Part shown: positions 58,455 through 64,000 of the stretch, one piece after another
How positions within the stretch are numbered: position 1 is the first letter of the stretch
Layout of the letters: each line of letters opens with the position of its first letter
Assembly: GCF_032191835.1 (NCBI RefSeq)
Contig: NC_083237.1
Coordinates: 18,166,001 to 18,230,000, forward strand
Reading direction: 5' to 3'
From: Heteronotia binoei
Taxonomy: Eukaryota
DNA length: 64,000 nucleotides
Notes under the pieces: model-generated
The model's database searches: none
What the model saw: the letters and a program-made list of their open reading frames with translations, nothing else
Told to the model about the DNA's origin: nothing
Made by a program: the position numbers and the translations under genes

Positions 58455-58700
58455 GAAAAAAAACGGGTTTGATTCCCCACTCCTTCACTTGCAGCTGCTG
58501 GAATGGCCCAGGGTCAGCCATAGCTCTCGCAGAGGTTGTCCTTGAAAGGGCAGCTTCTGTCACAGCTTTCTCAGCCCCACCCACTTCAAAGGGTGTTTGT
58601 TGTGGGGGAGGAAGATAAAGGAGATTGTGAGCCGCTCTGAGACTCTGAAATTCAGAGTGGAGGGTGGGATATAAATTCAATATCATCATCATCATCATCA
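58455..58700 (+). mobile_element. Squam3-like SINE with (ATC)n tail
   Basis: gggtttgattccccactcc...ataaattcaatatcatcatcatc. Confidence 0.8.
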
Positions 58701-58737
58701 AAAGAAGGTACATGAACTCAGAAATAATCTGAGTTTT

Positions 58738-59010
58738 AAAAGGTAAAGGTAGTCCCCGTGTAAGCATCAGTTGTTTCCGATTCTGGAGTGATACCGCATC
58801 ACGTTTTCACGGCAGACTTTTTATGGGGTGGTTTGCCATTGCCTTCCCCAGTCATGTACACTTTCCCCCCAGCAAGCTAAGTGCTCATTTTACCAACCTC
58901 GAAAGGATGGAAGGCTGAGTCAATCTTGAGCTGGCTATCTGAACCCAGCTTCTGCTGAGATCGAACTCAGGTCGTGAGCAGGGAGCTTGGACTACAGTAC
59001 TGCAGCTTTG
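58738..59010 (-). mobile_element. Sauria-SINE-like element
   Basis: aaaggtaaaggtagtcccc..tcattttaccaacctcgaaaggatggaaggctgagtcaa; the tail is (accttt)n on the element strand. Confidence 0.7.
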
Positions 59011-59389
59011 GGGAAGGGCAATTATGGGGCTGCATCCCTCCAAAAAAGGATGGATTTGTACCGTGCTGTGAGATCAGTTCAGGTCTTTCCTTTAGTAGAC
59101 GGCACCTATCGCCAGGTATGGTTGGCACACCAGCCCTTGCTGTATACATATGATCTAGCCACAGTGCATGCTTCCATCACATCAAAAGTAAATCATGACA
59201 GTGTGGTCTTCTTGGTGCTGACTTTCAGGACCATTCGGGAGACTGAAGCAGTGCAGAATGGGGCAAGTTGTTCCCACTGGAAAGAGATGGAAGATCAAAA
59301 GGTGGCCTTGCAAGGGGAATGAAAAGAAGTCATCCCAGGACACAGGTCTTTATCTTTTTGGGCCTCAGACCCTTCTTCAAACCCAGAGA

Positions 59390-59571
59390 CAGGGCTTTCT
59401 TTGTAGCAGGAACTCCTTTGCATATTAGGCCACATACACCCTGATGTATCCAACTCCTGGAGCTTACAGTAGGGCCCTGTACTAACAGCCCTGTAAGCTC
59501 TTGGAGGATTGGCTACATCAAAGGGTGTGGCCTAATATGTAAAGAAGTTCCTGCTACCAAAAAAAGCCCTG
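59390..59571. mobile_element. Palindromic hAT MITE (cagggcttt termini)
   Basis: Whole-element inverted repeat; TSD cccagaga / cccagagt. Confidence 0.85.
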
Positions 59572-60212
59572 CCCAGAGTAGAGCAAGGAGATTCTTTGCA
59601 TGAGTCCCTCTCACAGGAGACATGTCAGGGAGAAAAGGATCAAGATCACTTTTCCCTGTGCAAGGAGGGAGGGGGTTTTTTTAATGGATCTGTGACAACA
59701 CAGTGTATCTGACGCACAAGGAGACCATGTTTATTCTTAGATTAATCTTGTTTCTTCACAAAAGGTCCTCCCATCCACTAAAGCATTCTCCACACCCGTT
59801 CAGTGTTACTGCTAATTGCTGATAACAATCTAGCAATATACGACTTGGGAGAAATGGTTGCTAGTGGAAATTACTGGCATTCCACCAGGAGGAGGGTGTC
59901 AACCTCTCCCCAGCAAGATGCTATTTTAGTTAGTAATAACATTGTTCCTGAGGGACACCATTTCAAGAGCCACCAAAGGCTTAACACTGAGATTCAAACT
60001 CCAATCAGCAAAGCACCCATTCTTCATTCCCAACAGGGCAGGAAACTGTGCCGCAGCCATGCACCACTCTGAGTCACAGCAATTCGATTCACACATCTCC
60101 TGAAATGGCCCGTTGTGGTGAGCCTTCTGATGGACAGAGCAGCACTTTGAATGCGACCAAGATAATGACACTGGAATTACCAGGAAAGCAGAGGAGAATG
60201 GGTTAGGAAACT

Positions 60213-60510
60213 GGGAAAGGAAAGGTCCCCTGTGCAAGCACCAGTCATTTCCGACTCTGGGGTGACACTGCTTTCACAATGTTTTCACGGCAGACCTTTT
60301 TCGGGGTGGTTTGCCATTGCCTTCCCCGGTCATTACACTTTCCCCCCAGCAAGCTGCGTACTCATTTTACCGACCTCGGAAGGATGGAAGGCTGAGTCAA
60401 CCTCGAGCCAGCTACCTGAACCAGCTTCCATTGGAATCGAAGTCAGGTCATAAGCAGAGTGCTCCAACTTCAGTACTGCAGCTTTACCACTCTGCGCCAT
60501 GGGGCTCTTA
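60213..60510 (-). mobile_element. Sauria-SINE-like element, near full length
   Basis: aaaggtcccctgtgcaagcaccagtcatttccgactc...ttttaccgacctcggaaggatggaaggctgagtcaacc...ttaccactctgcgcca. Confidence 0.75.
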
Positions 60511-62001
60511 GGAAACTGAATGGCCAGCAAATTCAAGAGAAGCATATCACTTTCAGTAGCAAATTAGATCAAAGATGAGAAGGAAGATGACACTGTGAGA
60601 AGAATCTATGGTGCTCATCAGCATTCCTGATTCTAATTTAGCTAACACAAGCCAAGGATTTTGACCTGTCACTTTCTTTCAGACATCCCTTCTTTTTCAT
60701 ATAAAACCATGCATTCTTTTTTAAATAAAGAAAATAATTTTATTAAAAATAAAATAATATCATATAATAAAAATACATACACACACTAATATACTAACAC
60801 ACACACACACACAAGAACACCAGAAAAATAGTAGTTAGAAGAGCTTAGAGCATGGGGGGAGGGGGGGATTCATAGCTACCTGTCCAGATGTGGTCCTGGG
60901 TCTAGAGGGAGAAGGACAAAAAAGCCACCATCTTTGGTGTGTGGTTGGATCCAGGAACACACAACACAGAAAGCATGGGCAAAGCTGTGTATATTTATCC
61001 CCCAAAATGTATCCTGACGGTATGGCTGGGTGCGTTAAGTGGTTTATACAATACCTTGTTTGTCTTAGGAGATCTTAACAAAAACCATATCTGTGTTCTC
61101 CCAGGTGTTAAACAAAAACGAGGGCATATCATAATCGGTGTGATAGCAAATTCTACAGGGTGGCAGCTGGGTGGAGCTGCACAGGTGATGGTTTCTTGCT
61201 AGCCTGATCTATAGAGAGAAATGCGGATTTAGACAGATATTTAGAAGAACTGTGTTTCAGGTGTAAAGTAATTACTTGGAGGAGAAATGTACTGGATTTT
61301 GTATGTCCCTCGTTCGTAGATGTAGGGTGGACCCTTCATCTCAAGAAAACAGAGCTTTTTCTGTGTCCCCCTTCAACACAGGAGAAAGCTCAATCCCACT
61401 TTTTTTCCAGTCCTCTTGGATTACCCACTCGGCTGCAGAAGAAAATAGAGGGTCATCTGGCAATCCACAGATTTGGTACCCATTGGAAAAACAGTAGCCT
61501 CCAAATAGTAAGTAGCATACGACCAAAAAGCACAGAGAAGACCAGCAGCAAGCATTGACATTGGTCTGGCAAGGAACTGGGGGTGAGGTGAGGGAGAACA
61601 GATTATCTTACAGTATTCTATTACATCTCATCCAATTCCCCTCCTTATGACATTACAAAAGCGGAGCTGGGTTTTCCGCTCAGGAATGAAGACTCAGGTG
61701 TCCTGAGGAAACTACTTTCCTTAGAATCCTCAATGTATGGCATGCCCTGTTGCAATGTTCAAGGCCCCATGAAGGGAGAGAGGCATGCTACCAACTCCAT
61801 CAGAGCCAGAAAAGAACTTTTTCAGAGAAGGGACACTTGCATCAAAATGCTGTTGAGTAGTGTGAACAGGAGACCCTCATATCCACAGACAGCTAATTAG
61901 GTGACCCAAATAGATAGACAGACAGCTTGGAAGGAAGTGATATTCTCTTTCTAAATGGGCAGGTTCTCAGCTTGTGATGTCCATTACATCACTGTTTCAC
62001 G

Positions 62002-62174
62002 CAGGGGTGGAATTCTAGCAGGAGCTCCTTTGCATATTAGGTCACACACCCCTGATGTAGCCAATCCTCCAAGAGCTTACAAAAAAGAGCCTTGTAAAAC
62101 TCTTGGAGGATTGGCTACATCAGGAGGTGTATGGCCTAATATGCAAAGGAGCTCCTGCTAGAATTCCACCCCTG
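62002..62174. mobile_element. Palindromic hAT MITE (caggggtggaattc termini)
   Basis: ~80-bp near-perfect arms; perfect 8-bp TSD gtttcacg (61994-62001, 62175-62182). Confidence 0.9.
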
Positions 62175-62304
62175 GTTTCACGACAGAGGCTGAGATCTCA
62201 GCAGTGGCATGCAGCACCATCAGCAAGCTTTGGATTGCACTCCACTTGCTGATCCAGACATGAGAATCTCCAGGTCAGATTCTTGTAATGCACTCTACAT
62301 GGTG

Positions 62305-62332
<28 letters not shown>
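62305..62332. repeat. (CT)n microsatellite
   Basis: gctctctctctctctctctctctctcc. Confidence 0.9.
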
Positions 62333-62335
<3 letters not shown>

Positions 62336-63008
62336 TGCAAGCTGACTGTAGACTAACACAGCTGCCCCTCAGGAATGATCTCCATGCTTTGGACTCAGGA
62401 GTTCTCTTCAGTGGCAAAGATTCCCTCCATCCCAAAAGCATGTCATGGCAAAAATGTAGCCAAGACACTTCCTTGTGGTGAACTTTCTGGATGGATGGAG
62501 CAGCCCTTTGAATGCTATTGAGGTTCTGAAATTTGAAACATCTGGAAAGCAAAGGAGATTAAGGTGGGAAACAGAGCGAATGGCACTGTCAAGGGGAAAA
62601 AAACATATGGGTGATCTCCAGGCAATTTAGATAGATCAAGTGTGGCCAAACTGTGGCTCGGGAGCCACTTGTGGCTCTTTCATAGAATCAGACCGATTTC
62701 GCACTACGCTTGTTCCGGGTGGAGAGCCCTTTTGCTACCAAGGCTTCTCTCTGTTTTTGCACAAGTTGCCCCAGAGCTGTGAGTTGATGTGCTGTTATTC
62801 CGCAGCAAGCGAGATCCTCTGACAAGTGGTTTCCACTTGCTGCGGAATAGCGGCACGCTATTCGCAGCTCTGGGGCAGCTTGTGCTTCCTTATCCTTTGT
62901 CAGTAGCATAACTCTTCAGTCTTTCTCTTCCACTGGAAACAGTTACGTAGAAAAAATACCTTTTACTTGCTAATGCTGTGTGATGTCATTTCTATTGTCC
63001 AATTCCAG

Positions 63009-63965
63009 ATGGAGACGGCCAACAGAACTGAAGTACGCGAATTCATTTTGGTGGGATTTAGAGTTGGGCAACAGGAACGATTGCTGCTCCTCATCTTTTT
63101 CACCATTCTCTACCTGTTCGCTGTGGCTGAGAACCTCACCATCATCCTACTGGTGTTTCTGGACACCCACCTGGCTCAGCTTCCCATGTACATCCTGCTG
63201 AGCAACTTCTCTTGGCTGGAGATCTGTTATCTGAGCTCCATTGTGCCTCGAATGCTCTTCGACCTGCCTTCTCCTCACAGAGTCATCTCTTTCCATTCCT
63301 GCTTCCTTCAGTTCTACTTCTTCTTCTCATGTGGAAATACCGAATGCTTCTTCCTCTCAGCCATGGCCTTGGATCGTTACTTGGCCATCTGCCACCCACT
63401 GCGTTACCCACAACTTATGTCCAAAGATTCCTGCTACACTCTTGTGGTTGCTTGTTGGGTTGGTGGTTTACTGTGGTACCTTTTCCCAGTGGTTTTGATC
63501 TCCAAGATGTCCTTCTGTGGTTCCAACATCATAGACCACTTTTTGTGTGATCCCGGGCCAATTTTGTCTCTGGCCTGCCCTCCGCTAGGGATTACTCCCT
63601 ATATCTTCCAGGTTTTTATGAATACTGTGTGTGTAGGCAATGTCTTGTTCATTGTACTATCCTATGGCAATGTGATTTTCACCTTGATGAAGACCTCAAA
63701 CCGAGGCAGTCGTAAGAAAGGCTTCTCCACCATATCAATGCACCTTGTGGTGGTGACCATTTTCTATGGCTCTGGGTCAGGGATGTATTTATCTGCAGGT
63801 TCAGAAAATCCAACAGAGGTCACCAAGGCTATAACACTGTTCTACACTTCCATTACACCTTCTCTCAACCCCATGATTTACTGCCTGAGGAACGATCAGG
63901 TAAAAGAGGCGCTGGGCAATTTGCGGAGGACAATGATATTGCCAAGAAGAAAAGTGTTGGTGTAA
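63009..63965 (+). CDS. Olfactory receptor, class II (family-11-like), intact, 318 aa
   Basis: ttccag|ATG at 63009, as in the other ORs. METANRT (N-glycosylation), PMY, MALDRYLAICHPLRY, HFLCD, KGFSTISMH, PSLNPMIYCLRN. Confidence 0.96.
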   Translation: METANRTEVREFILVGFRVGQQERLLLLIFFTILYLFAVAENLTIILLVFLDTHLAQLPMYILLSNFSWLEICYLSSIVPRMLFDLPSPHRVISFHSCFLQFYFFFSCGNTECFFLSAMALDRYLAICHPLRYPQLMSKDSCYTLVVACWVGGLLWYLFPVVLISKMSFCGSNIIDHFLCDPGPILSLACPPLGITPYIFQVFMNTVCVGNVLFIVLSYGNVIFTLMKTSNRGSRKKGFSTISMHLVVVTIFYGSGSGMYLSAGSENPTEVTKAITLFYTSITPSLNPMIYCLRNDQVKEALGNLRRTMILPRRKVLV

Positions 63966-64000
63966 AGAGTGGGGAGAAAATCAAGGGGGAAAACCTAAGC

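Larger units (their letters stand above)
26591..58640 (+). repeat. Segmental duplication copy B, enlarged by three L1-type insertions and carrying a 2.9-kb V2R deletion
   Basis: Colinear with copy A. The copy-A SINE at 26400-26590 is cut at gagcagctct, whereas its paralog at 58455-58700 is complete, which marks the junction. Confidence 0.93.

Noticed and set aside
26591-58640. Copy B as a falsely duplicated haplotype
   Set aside because: There are numerous substitutions, reciprocal deletions and at least five copy-specific insertions with TSDs or empty sites, and the junction sequence at ~26590 is coherent.
62967-63008. N-terminal extension of the last OR (332-aa ORF call)
   Set aside because: It starts at a non-ATG codon inside the polypyrimidine tract and acceptor. 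The homologous ATG is at 63009.

Overview
Vertebrate genomic DNA, inferred to be squamate and probably gecko from its SINE, CR1, L2 and MITE families. It is a chemosensory receptor locus: the last two coding exons of a vomeronasal type-2 receptor (V2R) and five single-exon olfactory receptor (OR) genes, four intact and one with a premature stop. Most of the window is a tandem segmental duplication. Copy A is ~4530-26590 and copy B is ~26591-58640. The unit is [V2R 3' part -> OR(+) <- OR(-)], and the two copies provide filled and empty insertion sites. The most notable structures derive from LINE-1 (L1): (i) a ~25-copy, ~154-bp satellite with a 9-monomer higher-order repeat, grown inside the C-terminal coding part of an L1 ORF2 (137-3976); (ii) a 1.35-kb TSD-flanked element carrying only an L1-type ORF1, HAL1-like (36938-38285); (iii) a 2.14-kb TSD-flanked mini-L1 with ORF1 fused in frame to the ORF2 C-terminus (40251-42393); (iv) a 7.6-kb decayed L1 with nested CR1 and L2 insertions (50439-58070). 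Also present: palindromic hAT and Tc2-type MITEs, SINE-tail trinucleotide expansions, a GC-AG intron, microhomology rearrangements of the V2R copy and a 139-bp N gap. All family assignments come from motif recognition by eye, not database searches.
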